From the human T2T-CHM13v2.0 reference genome, Homo sapiens: a stretch of DNA of 64,000 nucleotides. The position numbers and the translations under genes are program-made. Where the stretch lies: the NCBI RefSeq assembly GCF_009914755.1, contig NC_060933.1. One strand, given 5' to 3'. Of this stretch, positions 30,827-45,146 are shown one piece after another. The notes below the pieces were generated by a model that did no database searches, was not told the DNA's origin, and saw only the letters and a program-made list of their open reading frames with translations. Each line of letters opens with the position of its first letter. Within the stretch, counting starts at the first letter, position 1.

Positions 30827-31776
30827 TGAACCTGAATATTTAATGACATCTTCAAACTGCTAAGCCTATCCTGGGATCATTCTTTTTGTTACATACACAA
30901 TAAATGTCCTTATAGTTTAGGTTTCTTTTAGCTGAGGTTTCAGTTATTTGCATTGAAAGCATATAATTGATATAGCAGGGGTGAGACATGATATGATTTA
31001 TGTATTTTTTAAAAATCTCTCTGGCAACAGTATGAAGAGATTGTAAGGAGCAAGAATGGAACAGAAGCATGGAAGACTACTGCAGTAGTTCTGAGAAGCA
31101 ATCATAGTGTTCTGGCCTAGGGAGTATGCAGTAAAGCAGGAAAGAACATAGATTCAAGATGTATTTGGGGGTAAAAACAGTAGGACTTGCTGTTGGTATG
31201 AGAGGTAAAGGAGAGGGAGGAACTAAGGCTGAACTCTAGGTTTTGGACTGGATGGTGATGCCATTGATTGACACGGAGAAGACCCAAAGAAGTTTGGGGA
31301 AGGCGGTGAGATCAAGGGTTTGGATGTGTTAAATTTAAGATGTGTATGAACCATTAAAATGAGATGACAAATCAGCGGGTAGACATGAGTCTGGAGCACA
31401 GGGGTAAGGTCAGGACTTGGATTTCAATTTGAGAATTATAGATACACAGATGTTATTTAAAGCCACAGGAATAAACAGGATTCTCCTCACTGGCCAAAAT
31501 ATGAGGAACTCTAAAGTTAGAGGTCAGCTAGAAGGGAAGAAGACTGAGGAGAAGTAGTGAAAGAGGTAGGAGAAAAACTAACAGCATTAGCGTTTATATA
31601 GGGCTTACTTTATGCCAGGCACTATTCAAAGCACTTTGTGGCTTCATGGAAGCAAAGAGAAAAATGTTTTTCTTTTCTTCCTCCCTTTCCAGTCTCTCCT
31701 GTGACTTTCACCCCTAAATTCAAAAGGTTTAGGTGCAAAAGTGATTCTCAGCTTTTATTTGTAATTAATTTTATAG

Positions 31777-31808
31777 TAATCTTGTACTGTTATAATCTTG
31801 TACTGTTA
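31777..31808. repeat. 16-bp perfect tandem duplication TAATCTTGTACTGTTA x2
   Basis: Direct reading. Confidence 0.9.
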
Positions 31809-31972
31809 TAATACTATAATTATAGTATACATTCATTGGAAAAATATTCAAACAGCACAGTACAGGGAAGCTAAATGTGGAAAGTAAAGATCCTCAGAAG
31901 CTTTCCTTCCTAGGCTCACCCACCAGAGGTAATCATTAACAGTTTCTTGCATATCCTCCAGGAATGTTCTGC

Positions 31973-31975
<3 letters not shown>

Positions 31976-32016
<41 letters not shown>
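31976..32016. repeat. (CA)n microsatellite
   Basis: Direct reading. Confidence 0.95.
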
Positions 32017-32019
<3 letters not shown>

Positions 32020-32989
32020 CGCAAACAAATACCATCCCTCTCTCTTCTCTCTCTGTATACGTACGCATATGTTTAATTCTGCAAGTTGCTTTGTTTAAAA
32101 CTCAATACCTTTTGGAGGTATTTATATATCAGCATATTCAGATACAATTTACTTTTTTTAAAAAGGGTAATATGCCATTGTATTAATATTCCATACTTTA
32201 AGTTCCTCTATCGATGGACAATTAGAATGCTTTTTTTTTTCTTGCCACACACACACAAAAATTGCTGCCAGAAATCTTTGTAGTAAATCTTTGGATATTG
32301 GTGCAAAAATAATTGTTGCATACTTTCTTAGTGGTGAAATTGCTGAATCAATCCGCTCAAGCCTCTCATATTGTCAAATTACTCCTCCTAAAAGGTTATA
32401 CTAATGACATTCTCACATCATTTCCTTACATCTTGGTACACATTTGGTATTAAGCGACTTCACAAGTTTGCCAGTCTAAACACATGGAAAAAAATGGCGT
32501 CATGTTGTTTTTATTTGGGTCTCTTTATGAGTAGGGCAGCAAGACCTGATTGTTAAACGTTCAAGTTTTGAAGTTAAACTCCCTGGGTCTGGATCCTACT
32601 TCTTCCTTGTAAAATGTGTGATCTCGGGCATGCTGGGTCTACTTCCTCGTCTCAAAAAAAGAGGATAAAGAGAGTACATATCTTTAGGCTTAAACAAGAT
32701 ACGCAGGCATACAGGAAGCCCTTCTTATGCGTTCGCTACTAGCGGTACTGATCCTAATTTTTTTGAAGCCGTGCCGGCTCCGGTACTTTATTTTTGGTGT
32801 GCTCCTCCAACCAACCAAGTTTCGCAGAATTCTGTTGTTGCCTGTAATTAGAAATGAGACGAAAATTGGCTCCGCTTGTTCAAAATTCTCCTCCCTCCGC
32901 CCCAACTCTGCCTTAGAATCACTGGTTTAAATGTCAATGTAAAGGAATGAGTTGCAATTTTTAAGCAACATGTAAAGTGCACACCTGGT

Positions 32990-33720
32990 CTGAGTACCTC
33001 CCGGCGGCCAGGACCCGCCGTTTTCGGTATAGGGAACACCAGATAACAATATATAACGCTACCTAACAAACGTTTCTCCACCCACAGCGCCATTAGCGGT
33101 TAGGTTTGCAGTGCCGAAGAGCTGCAAGAAAACGGGGCTTGAAACAGGAATACAATTGCAGATCCACCCACTACACGCAAAGGGCCCGGGACGCGCCTCC
33201 ACAGCCCCGCCCCAACCGGAAGTGACGCACCGCGCCGACTATTTCTTCCGCCGTCCGCCGGTGGCGAGGCCCAGGCTGTCGCCGGGTGTGCAGCGGCGTC
33301 GCGGCCAGTAGAGGGATTCTGGGTAACGGCCCGGACCCCCGGCTGGGCTTCTGGCTCGGCGCAGCAGGTTCCATTCACGCCAAGTCTGTTGGCAGTGGCA
33401 GTTGTAGGGCCAAGGGCGGTTGTAGGACCCGGAGCAGCCGGACATGGAACAACCGTGGCCGCCTCCGGGACCCTGGAGCCTCCCTCGGGCCGAGGGTGAG
33501 GCTGAGGAAGAGAGTGACTTCGACGTGTTCCCCAGTTCTCCCCGCTGCCCGCAGCTGCCAGGCGGCGGCGCCCAGGTGAGAAGGGGCCTGCGTTCTGCGG
33601 AGGGATGGAGTGGTGCTGTCGCCAAACCCCTGGAATGCCGCGTCTCCCAGACCCTCTTCTACGCCTTTTTCTACGCCCACCTCACTGCCAGGGGCCGGGG
33701 ACCTGGGACCTGACGCCTGA
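32990..33720 (+). promoter_or_regulatory. CDC37L1: CDC37L1 CpG-island promoter
   Basis: GC box CCCCGCCCC at 33205-33213; CCGGAAGTGACG (ETS plus half-CRE) at 33216-33227; AUG-free leader up to 33444. Confidence 0.85.
33444..33575 (+). CDS. CDC37L1: CDC37L1 exon 1 (Hsp90 co-chaperone Cdc37-like 1/Harc; 7 exons, 1014 nt, 337 aa in total)
   Basis: gacATGG Kozak; MEQPWPPPGPW...GGGAQ; donor CAG|GTGAGA. Confidence 0.96.
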
Positions 33721-35097
33721 TGCCATCCCACCCCTTTTATGGCATCTTCGGAGGGCAGACGGGGTGGCCATATATTACCAACCTCCACCTCCACGCACAT
33801 GTTTTCTTTCGCCTTGGCTGATTCCTGTTCACTCTTGGAATACCTTCCTCCATCTCCCCTTCCTGACAGCACTCAGATTTGGGGCGGCTCATGCTGTAAC
33901 ATTGACCCTTTGTCCTCTTGTGAGAGGTTTTCCCCAAGCACTTTATTCTGTTAAAGGCTCTAGCATACTTGTGCACAGTTGCTAGGAACAGTGAATGATT
34001 GTAGTTCAGCATCACACTGAGTCCTGACAAAGATTTCACATGCGATTTTCACCGATGTTGACAACTGAGTAAATTCTTTAAATCTCGCTTTTGACGCTGG
34101 CGTACACCTCTCCCATTCGCGTGACCATCTTTGCCTTACTGTTTTGTTTTTTAGTTTTGCTTCACGTCATTCTCCAGTGAAAATATATACGCATATACTT
34201 GTGTTTTCCTTCAGACTTCTCTTAGGTTCCTGGTATTGTGTTTTCAATCCAGCATTCCTGCCTTCCTGCGACTGAAACGTATCCAAATGTGATATACTAT
34301 TAAGGATTTTTCAGGGACCTATCTTAGGGGATACTTACATACTCGCATCACCTTGTCCTGTTTTTTTCTCCGAATCCGTGTGTGTTTTGGAAGTATATTT
34401 CAGAATCACAGACTAAACACTAATATATTCAATGGATCATAAGTGTCTGCCGCCTTCTTGCAAAATGGGGTTCCCAAGAGTGTAACAGATTTAATAGTAG
34501 TTTTCCTCTCAACTTATTTTGCTAGATGTTAATGAGAATGAGTTAAATTGCTTACCAGTAAGCGTGACATTATCAATCTTATGTCCAGCTAACAGGGTTA
34601 GTTGGCTTCACACAGAGAAAAATGCTGTTTCATAACCACTGTCTGTACTTTGGCCAGCTAAGTCACTGGGGAACTACAAGACATTTTTTAGGAGGACAGA
34701 ATGAGAGTTGATGGGTCCATCATTAGTCACCCACTAATTTTGGATCACTAGTGTCATCTTTATATACAAAATGTATTATAAGCACATGATGTGCTAGGGA
34801 GGAAAGAAGAATGAACAGCAGATGCCATTGTCAATTTTGAAGGCATATGAAGAGAAAAAAGGGTGTCAAGAATTTCAGTGCATTGTGGTTGAATTACAGA
34901 AGTAATCTAGAGAAATATCTGTATGTTAATTTCTTACTTGTGCACTTCTAAATTTGTTTAGCTGGAAGAGATTTTAGAAGTGAGTAAGCTTATCTCTCTC
35001 ATTAAAAGTGTTTTCCCTGAGGCCATGTAACTAGTTAGTGGCCAGGTTAAAACTAGAACCCACTTATGACTCCTAGTCCAGTATATTTTCCCACCTA

Positions 35098-35364
<267 letters not shown>

Positions 35365-35837
35365 TTATTACAAACCTACTTATTGGTCTTACTGGCTTTA
35401 AGACTTAAATTTTTGGATTGGAATATTTGGAAAAAATAAAATGTTTAATTGATTAACATTTTATAATCCTAAAAAAAGCTTTGGCTTAATTTTATCAAAT
35501 AAGGGGGATCTAGACTTCTTAATGTAGTATGTGATATGTAGTTCTTAGATCCAATTAATGTAAAGGCAGATCATGTTTAATGTCCCTCTAAAACTTCTGT
35601 ATGGTCATGGATTAGAATGTGACCTAATATTTTATTTAATATCTGAATACATGTTGGATAGTTTGCCCAAATGGCCAAATGTTGTCTGGGTAGTTTGTGG
35701 AGAAATAAGACATACATTATTTTTAGAATTTTTCGATTTGAGAAAAGAATATTTGCTCCCAAATAATTTGAAAATGCAAGATAATTTCTATTTATCCATA
35801 TTACCATATTACTTTTCTTGATATATTATCCTTTCTC

Positions 35838-36448
35838 TTTTTTTTTTTTTTTTTTTGAGGCAGTGTCTTGCTGTGTTGCCCAGGCTGGAGTGCAATGGCA
35901 CGATATTGGCTCACCACAGCCTCCGCCTCCCAGGCTCATGTGATTCTCCTGCCTCAGCCTCCTGAGTAGCTGGGATTACAGGTGCCCACCACTGTGCCCA
36001 GCTAATTTTTTTTTTTTTTTGAGATGGAGTCTCGCTGTGTCACCCAGGCTGGAGTGCAGTGGTGCAATCTCGGCTCACTGCAACCTCTGCCATTCTGGGT
36101 TCATGCCATTCTCCTGCCTTAGCCTCCCAAGTAGCTGGGACTACAGGCACCCGCCACCATGCCCGGCTAATTTTTTGTATTTTTAGTAGAGATGAGGTTT
36201 CACCACGTTAGCCAGGATGGTCTCGAGCTCCTCCTCGTGATCCGCCCGCCTCGGCCTCCTGAAGTGCTGGGATTACAGGTGTAAGCCACCACTCCCGGCC
36301 ATGCCCAGCTAAGTTTTAAAATATTTTTAGTAGAAACGGGGTTTCGCCATGTTGGCCAAGCTGGTTTCGAACTCCTGACCTCAGGTAATCCGCCCGCCTC
36401 AGCCTCCCAAAGTGCTGGGATTACAGGCGTGAGCCACTGAGCCCAGCC
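35838..36448 (-). mobile_element. AluY-like element (about 36005-36300) nested in the linker of an older AluS
   Basis: Outer arms separated by a full Alu; TSD tgcccagctaa. Confidence 0.9.
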
Positions 36449-36558
36449 AAAAGAAGTTTTATATACAAAAGTTCTTACATCTTTTCTTACAAAATAAGTT
36501 ATATAGCTTAATTTTTCTCCTTTTCCTGGCTCTGTTTTAAGCATAGCTAGTCTACAGT

Positions 36559-36837
36559 TATTCTTGATCCTATTCTAAGATAACTATTCTTGATCCTATT
36601 CTAAGATAACAAAAAGTAAAAATAAATATTTTATTTTAAAATATTATATTTTATATTAAAATATTTTATATTAAAATATAATATATATATTAAATATATA
36701 TTATATTTATATATAAAATATATTTTAAAATATATTTTAAAATATACTTTATATATTTTATATATATATTTTATTTTTATATATAAAATATATTTTATAT
36801 ATATTTTATAATATATGAATATATATTATAAAATATA
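36559..36837. repeat. 26-bp tandem duplication (36559-36610) plus AT-rich low-complexity palindromic tract
   Basis: TATTCTTGATCCTATTCTAAGATAAC x2, then about 220 nt of almost pure A/T. Confidence 0.9.
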
Positions 36838-37679
36838 CTTAGGGACATGGTTTATAGTACCTTGGCTCCAAACCTGCTGAATGAGTAAATAAAACATCTG
36901 AATAGCAAGTGTCCACATTTGTCCCAGTACAAACGTGAGTTTGCCTGAAGACTCAGCTAAGAGGTAGGGTCCTTGGTTACTACTTGCCTCAGAATTGTTT
37001 ACCACCACCAGTCAGTAAACAAATAAGCATGATATTGTATGACAAACACCACAACAGAAATATGCATAACTTGGGTCGGGAGACACTGGGTCAGAAAAAG
37101 TTTAGGGCATGCCAGAATCTGGATGAAGATAGGAGTTTCTGTAGGAGTTACCTCGAAGAAAGAGGATTGCCAAATTGAAGTGAGGGACAAGGGTGGGAAA
37201 GGGAAGAATAAGCAAACAAGTAGAAGAGCAATGGGAACTGAGTCTAAAGAGGTAATGGGAAATAACATCACGAAGGGCTTTGCCACAGAGTATGTACTTT
37301 ATCCCAAAGCTAAGAATGAAAAAAAAGATCAGATTCATTTTTTGGAAAGATCACTCCAGTCTAGTGGAGTGGAGAACGGCTTGGGATAAGAGTCTGCATT
37401 TGTATAATTCACATGTGAAATTATAAGGGCTTGAATAGTGATGCAGATATGGGAACAGATTGGAGAGAAATTATTCTGAAGTTGATGTACATTTGACGAA
37501 GAACTCATAAAGAATGTGCCTTCAGCTTTTGTTTTATAGAGCCAAGGAATATAGGGTATTGAATGTCTATCACAGTACTTTACATGTAGTAATTAAGTAA
37601 ATAAAAGTAATTACTACTGCTTCGGAGTAGTACGGTCAGCAGGGTAGACCATTGTCACTTTTAAGAAATGTAACTTTGT

Positions 37680-37982
<303 letters not shown>

Positions 37983-38552
37983 CTATTTTGATTAGGAATA
38001 AATTAAAGGATATCTGTCTGATATAATCAGTTATAAATGGAAATATCCAATAAGAACTTCTCAAATCACCAAGGATTGGAAAAATACAGATAGAAAATAG
38101 AAACCAAGAAACGATTACTTCTAGATAAAAGGAGGTTTTTTTGTAGTGAAGAATTTGGAGAACAAAATTATAAAGGCCTGGTTGTCAGCATGTTGAGTAT
38201 TGAGGTGATGAACTAGATTTAAGCTTTGTTCTCATTATTCTGCTTGTTCAGGATTATGAAGACTATTAATTAAACGTTTGTTAAGCACTAGCTTTATGCA
38301 AGACACTGTGATAGTTGCCAGGCTTTTTGTTGCTGTTAGTTGTCAGGGGATAGGCCTAAATTAACAAAGAAGTTTAGAAGTTAGTTGATGAAACAAGGAC
38401 TAAGATATAAAAACATGACTGCAGACCTAGAACACAGGATATACTATATACCAAAATATTGTACAGAAATCCTTTGAATTAAGAAAAATTGAACTGTGCT
38501 GCACAAACATCCATTGCTTTCTTCATTTCTTACAAATATTGTTTTTATCCAG

Positions 38553-38834
38553 ATGTATAGCCATGGAATTGAATTGGCTTGCCAAAAGCAGAAAGAGTTT
38601 GTGAAGAGCTCTGTGGCGTGCAAATGGAATCTTGCTGAAGCTCAACAGAAACTTGGTAGCTTAGCACTGCATAATTCTGAGTCCTTGGATCAGGAGCATG
38701 CCAAAGCACAAACAGCAGTATCAGAACTGAGGCAACGGGAAGAAGAGTGGCGACAGAAAGAAGAAGCTCTAGTACAAAGAGAGAAGATGTGTCTGTGGAG
38801 CACGGATGCCATTAGCAAGGATGTTTTTAATAAG
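38553..38834 (+). CDS. CDC37L1: CDC37L1 exon 2 (282 nt; MYSHGIELACQ...KDVFNK)
   Basis: atccAG acceptor, AAG|GTATGA donor; coiled-coil-like segment. Confidence 0.96.
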
Positions 38835-39556
38835 GTATGAGCTTTTACTGGGCCATAATGAAAGAAGAAAAACTGAAGTGTTTGTACAAACCAGTTGTGC
38901 GTATTTGGTAGCAAAGCAGCAGAATCCCATAAACAGTGTTCAATTTTGACAGTTTATGAAAGGTGCTTGAAAAGTTTATGAAAGTCAAAAAGTCTCAAAG
39001 CTCTTGCTGTAGAGCTGCAGACTCCAGGCAGTTAAGTGACCAGACTGAAATACATATTTATATAAATGTACTGCTGAACAAATATTACATATATTAAAAA
39101 ACATTCACAAGAATTTGATATAAGGATGGGAAAATATATCAGTTATGAAATATTTTCCTCCACATATATTTTGTACCCCCTACACTGATTATCACTACTT
39201 TAGAGTTCCTTTAATGCAACTACCTTCTTTTTATAAATGAAGAAACTAAGTGGAAAAATAAGTAGAGTGACTTGATAACTTAGTGGTGGGTTAAATGTGA
39301 GAAATTCCTGACTCTGGGATTGAGAGATAAGATAAAGAGAAGTGTTGAATATCCTTTATTAAGTGCCTTTAAGAATGAAGGCTTAGACTTTTAAAATCTC
39401 ATGTTTTTCAAACTTCAGGGTTTTATACCTCAGTTTTCCATTTGAAAACTAGAGTTTTTAGCGATTGATTTTCAAATGCATGAAAAGGGGAGAAAAGGCA
39501 AAACTTCATGAACTAGTATTTTAAATGTGGAATAAAATGATATTTATTGAAAAATA

Positions 39557-39875
<319 letters not shown>

Positions 39876-40444
39876 TCACCCACTCTCATGAACTTTTTTA
39901 ATTGCCTTTCCCTGGACCAGCTCTAGTTCTGCTACAGCAGTCAGTAACACACACAGATAAGTGTACATCGCCACTAGCCCTATCAGTACTTTAACAGTGA
40001 GTCATATCTTTCTCGACTTTCTCTGTGCCTGTACTAATTTATATATACTTTTTCTCCCCCTCCACAATGGGATCATTCTTTATCTGAGTCATTTGCTATA
40101 TCTGTATATATTGTTTTAAGGGGTGCATCTTGTGTTATTTTCTGTTCTGCATTTATATCCCAAAACTATTGAAAATAATTTTTTTTCTTCCAGAAGGAAT
40201 GTTCAAAGTAATATTTCTTGTTTTGTAAAGTTAATGTCTCTTCTTTAACACAGTGGTCACAAAGAAAATATTTTCATTTTGTCTCTGCTTTTAATTATTT
40301 CTTTAAACTTAGGTTCTAAGGTTCTAAGACAGCCTACATTTATCTCACAAATTAATTAGGACTATCTTTATGTTCCAGTCATTTGCTCAAAATCCTACAC
40401 TGGTTTTGTCTGGGAGCTTGAGACTTGAGAGGACTGGTCTAGAT

Positions 40445-40752
40445 CTGCACTATCCAACTTGATAGCCACTAGCCACATGTGCTATTGAGTGCTTGAAATG
40501 TGGCTAGTCCGAATTGAGATGTGCTGTAAGTGTAAAATACACACCAGATTCCAATGATGTAGTGCCAAAAAAAGTAAAATATTAATAATTGTTTTGTATT
40601 GCTTACATGTTGAAATGATAATAGGCTGGATATGTTAAGATAAATAAAATAATTTATTAATGTCATCTGTTTCTTTTTGCTTTTTAACGTGGCTAATAGA
40701 AAACTTTAAATTACATTTGTGACTTGGATTGTATTTCTATTGGACAGTGCTG
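40445..40752 (-). mobile_element. MER33-like hAT-Charlie DNA transposon
   Basis: TIRs ctgcactatccaa / ttggacagtgctg; 8-bp TSD GTCTAGAT at 40437-40444 and 40753-40760. Confidence 0.85.
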
Positions 40753-41071
40753 GTCTAGATGTCAGACTGCATGAAGAAAAAATCTTTTATTTTGAAATAT
40801 GTAAACTTTTGAGTGCTTCCTGATTATAAACTGGCAGTGATCTAGTTTGCAATTTTTATTTTTGGCAGTGATGATAACGGGGTATAAATATGATCACAGA
40901 ATGTTCTAAGAAACTTCTGCCAGTTTTTCTAGCTAGATACAAACTTTATTCTTGGTATATTTTATGACTTATTTAACTGAAAATAAGTACTTCCTTAATA
41001 GAAATTTGTACTTGACTTTAAAAATCAAACTGTTTGGTCTCTTCTAAGAAGTTTATTAGAAATGCAACAAA

Positions 41072-41396
<325 letters not shown>

Positions 41397-41681
41397 CTAT
41401 TTCTTGTTTATGTCTTAATAAAGAATTTACGGTAAATATCATTTATTCTCTATGTGCTTTGAATTTCTGAGTTTATTTCCAGCAAGAACTCGAAAGATTA
41501 GGCAAGAGTTGCAAATATTTATAGGAATTAAATAATGCACAAGTAAACTATGCATATAAAATATAAAGGATGTTTCTATACCTGCTTTTAATTGGGAAAT
41601 TCAGCTTACCAAAAAGGTTAATTCAGTTGTTTTTCTGTATGATTTCTAAGATGAACCTATATCCACACATATATCGTATGT

Positions 41682-41974
41682 ATTTTTTTGTGAGATGGAG
41701 TCTTGTTCTGTCGCCTGGGCTGGAGTGCAGTGGCATGATCTCAGCTCACTACAACCTCTGCCTCCTGGGTTCACGCAAGATTCTCCTGCCTCAGCCTCCC
41801 GAGTAGCCGGGATTACAGGCATCCACCACCATGCCCAGCTATTTTTTGTATTTTTAGTAGAGACGGGGTTTCACTATGTTGGCCAGGCTGGTCTTGAACT
41901 CCTGACCTCGTGATCCACCCGCCTCGGCCTCCCAAAGTGCTGGGATTACAGGCGTGAGCCACCACACCCGGCCT
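41682..41974 (-). mobile_element. Alu (AluS-like)
   Basis: Reverse dimer. Confidence 0.93.
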
Positions 41975-42188
41975 CATACATCATTTTAAACAAAATTAAT
42001 AAGACTCCCATACAAGAAAATTTTAATTTTTAAAAATAGTTTACCAGATGAATTTAATCATGTAATATCAGTATGATACTATACCACATATATTGTCTAT
42101 AGGAAGAATTGCTAGATATTCAGTATCTGAGAAAGAAGATTCAATTAGAATTTAAAATCTGATTTAAATTTCTAAAATTTTTTCTTAG

Positions 42189-42282
42189 AGTTTTATTAAT
42201 CAAGATAAAAGAAAAGACACAGAAGATGAAGATAAATCAGAATCATTTATGCAAAAATATGAGCAAAAAATCAGACATTTTG
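42189..42282 (+). CDS. CDC37L1: CDC37L1 exon 3 (94 nt; SFINQDKRKDTEDEDKSESFMQKYEQKIRHF)
   Basis: tttcttAG acceptor, TTG|GTAAGT donor; frame consistent with neighbouring exons. Confidence 0.95.
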
Positions 42283-44849
42283 GTAAGTCTACTACTTGGA
42301 TTTCCTTCTTTGTAATGTTTGGTATCATATGTACATGTGCAAAAAATGGATTTATAAAAAGAGAGCCAAAAAGAAAAGTGGCAAACTCCAATTTTGTAGC
42401 TTCTGGCACAGCTGTATAGATCTTGTTTTAGAATTTTTTTTTTTTTTGGTTATAAATAAAATTAATTGACAGAGCAAACCAAATGGTAAAGAGAAGCAAA
42501 AGTATTATTATATAGTGTACTACCTTTAAGACAACTTTATGTATTCCATAGCCTCTTTCCATTTCCTAAGTAGTCTTTGCTTTTTTCTTTTTCCTCTTTG
42601 CTTCCTTGGAATCTGATTATCTTATGTTTTAAAGATTATTCATTTTTTTTCAGGTTTTGGATATGATGCTTTATAATTCAGGCAGATCCTTGAACTGTTA
42701 CTCAGATAAATATAGTAATAGAAATGTATATATAAAGAACTGAAAAATAGGTTTTTTCTATTGGGGAAAAAGGGTAAGAGGGGGGTTGATACAAGTGAAG
42801 GCTTCCCAGAGGAGCCAGCATCTGAGCTTGATTTCAAGGAACAGATAGGAGTTTTTCATGTATAAGGGAGGCAAGCCAACAGCAACAGCATGAGACGGGC
42901 AGTTAGGAAACAGCATGGTGTGTTCTGAGAATTATAGGCAGCATGATACCGCTGGCATGAAAATGCTGCTGGGAAGTGTTAGGAGTTAAGGTTTAAAACT
43001 TTTTTTTTTTTTAATTCCAAGTAGTATGTTAATTTAGTAAACATGGTTTTTATTTGTAATATGTTCATGAACTTTTTACATGGCATTTTGAAATCTTTTT
43101 CCTGTTGGTGTTTATTTACCCAACGTTTTTTGAATTTCGTTTATGCTTCAGTTATGTCAATATAATAAATATTACTTTAAATTTTTTCCCTTCCTTTTAT
43201 GTAATTTATTCGTAAAATATTCACTTTGCTCATACTTTTCATTTTAAAGAAAGAAAAAAGACTGTGTTTAACTAAAAAATAGTACCCAAGGAAATAAAGA
43301 CAAAGTTTTTCTACATATAATCAATGTGGTATTATTTATAATGGAAAAAAAATGAATACACAGGCCTCCCTTGGACAGATAGTAAAATCTTAAAATGAGC
43401 AGAGCCTTGAGTCATAAGGATAGAAAGCAAAAAATTTGCACATGAATCTTAGTTGTGATATGTGAATTGCCACTCCCGCCTACAGTCCTTGCTTTCTAGG
43501 CCCATGTTTTGCTGCTGAAGGAAAAATAGTACCATATACTGATTGCTCTTTCAGAGCATGTACTGCATCTGGTGAAACAACATTCCTCAAGGTGTTTTCA
43601 CCCAGCTGGCACTCTGAAAGTTGGTTGCTTTGAAGCCATGAGAAACCTAGTAAATGAGAAGCAGTTCTTTCACTTTTGCTGTAAGCTGAGTGCCTTGTTC
43701 AGAAGCAATTTTGTGTAGGAAAATATCCAAATATCACAAAGTGTTGTAACCCATCTGGCACTATGTATCTTCAGCATTTTATAAAACCTGCTTCTGGGTA
43801 GTGATGTTCGTGATGAGAACAGTGAATTTCATGAACCCTACAGTCTTCATTTCTTTTGCTGTAAAATGAGTTTCTGGGTCAAAAAATAGTGTGGTATGGT
43901 GAATAATTCATTTAGTAAGACTACAGATGTATTACTGATTAGAAGCATGGCAAGGAGGGAGGGCACTTCCACATCTAGAGTGGGCTCGTTCAAGTGAGGA
44001 ATTACCAGTCCCTCTGAGATGAAGTGGGACCAGGGTAGTCAACCTGCTACTTGATGGCTGGCTGATCTCTGCAGCGCATTGTGCCGTATTGAGATTTTGG
44101 TGTTTTTCGCTACTAGTAAATTAGGTGTTCAGTGGCTAAACTGGATTAGGATACTAGAACATCCTTGAGGGGAGAGTCTACACTGTCGAATCTATGCATA
44201 ATCACAAACCTATGCCACCACGACCCCTGAATTTATGAAACTATTGTGCAAATAATGAGATAGTTGAGGAAAAAAACTGACTTAACATCCACAGGTGATT
44301 AATAAGCAATCATTTTGCTGTTACGTGTTGTGAACTTCCAATATACTATCTTGTAATAAATATCAGAGCCTTGCTGTTTTCACACCCAGCCAGACCAATA
44401 GCCATTCCCAGAGTCACAATGTGCCTGTTTCTTACTGAAAATGCATGTTGTCTTTAACTTCAAAGGAGATATATTACTTGCCACAGCACACTGGATCCCC
44501 AGGAATGTTACAAAGGTAGTAGGCTCTCAAAATGTTCATGTGTTTTATTTCCCACTCTGGAATAGATATATCTTAACAAGAGACCTGGAATACCTGCAAT
44601 TTCTGCTTTACCAAGTTCCATCAGTGGAGAGTGGACCAACTTGTAGTCATGGGGAATGATGAGATAATAATCCCTGTGGACTGAATTATGGCACAGAGTT
44701 GATAGAGGTGTGACACAAGACAGTGAAAATTTGTGGCTATGCCTGCTTGATGGAAGATTTCTGTTGTATGCTTATTGTGATGAAAGAAGAAAGCTTACCA
44801 AAATGATGACTATATTGGTATACTCCTTTATTTTGTTTTTTTGTTGTTG

Positions 44850-45146
44850 TTTAACTTTTGTTTTAAATTCAGGGGTACATGTGCAGGATGTGCAGGTTTG
44901 TTACATAGGTAAGCGTGTGTCTTGGGGATTTGTTGTACAGATTATTACATCACCCAGGTATTAAGCCTAGTATTCATTAGTTATTTTTCCTGATCCTCCC
45001 ACCCTCCGCCCTTCGGTAAACTCCAGTGTGTGTTGTTCCCCTTTATGTGTGCATGTATTCTCATCATTTAGCTCCCGCTTATAGGTGAGAATATGCGGTA
45101 TTTGGTTTTCTGTTCCTTTGTTAGTTTGCTTAGGATAATGGCTTCT
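44850..45146 (-). mobile_element. L1PA/PB 3' end fragment
   Basis: ggggtacatgtgcaggatgtgcaggtttgttacataggt, typical L1 3' UTR. Confidence 0.85.

Larger units (their letters stand above)
30270..33180 (-). ncRNA. CDC37L1-DT: Possible divergent lncRNA from the CDC37L1 promoter (CDC37L1-DT)
   Basis: Recollection of the locus plus a CpG island extending upstream; boundaries and exons cannot be derived from the sequence. Confidence 0.3.

Noticed and set aside
33100-34039. Many overlapping ORFs around CDC37L1 exon 1
   Set aside because: CpG-island artefacts or read-through past the splice donor
36559-36610. Direct repeats as a possible CRISPR-like array (also 31777-31808 and 57440-57472)
   Set aside because: Only two copies each, no unique spacers of regular length, eukaryotic context
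42187-42190. Tandem acceptor TAGAG at CDC37L1 exon 3 (similarly TAG-GCAG at exon 6)
   Set aside because: The alternative AG would shift the frame; such motifs are common and nothing here indicates use
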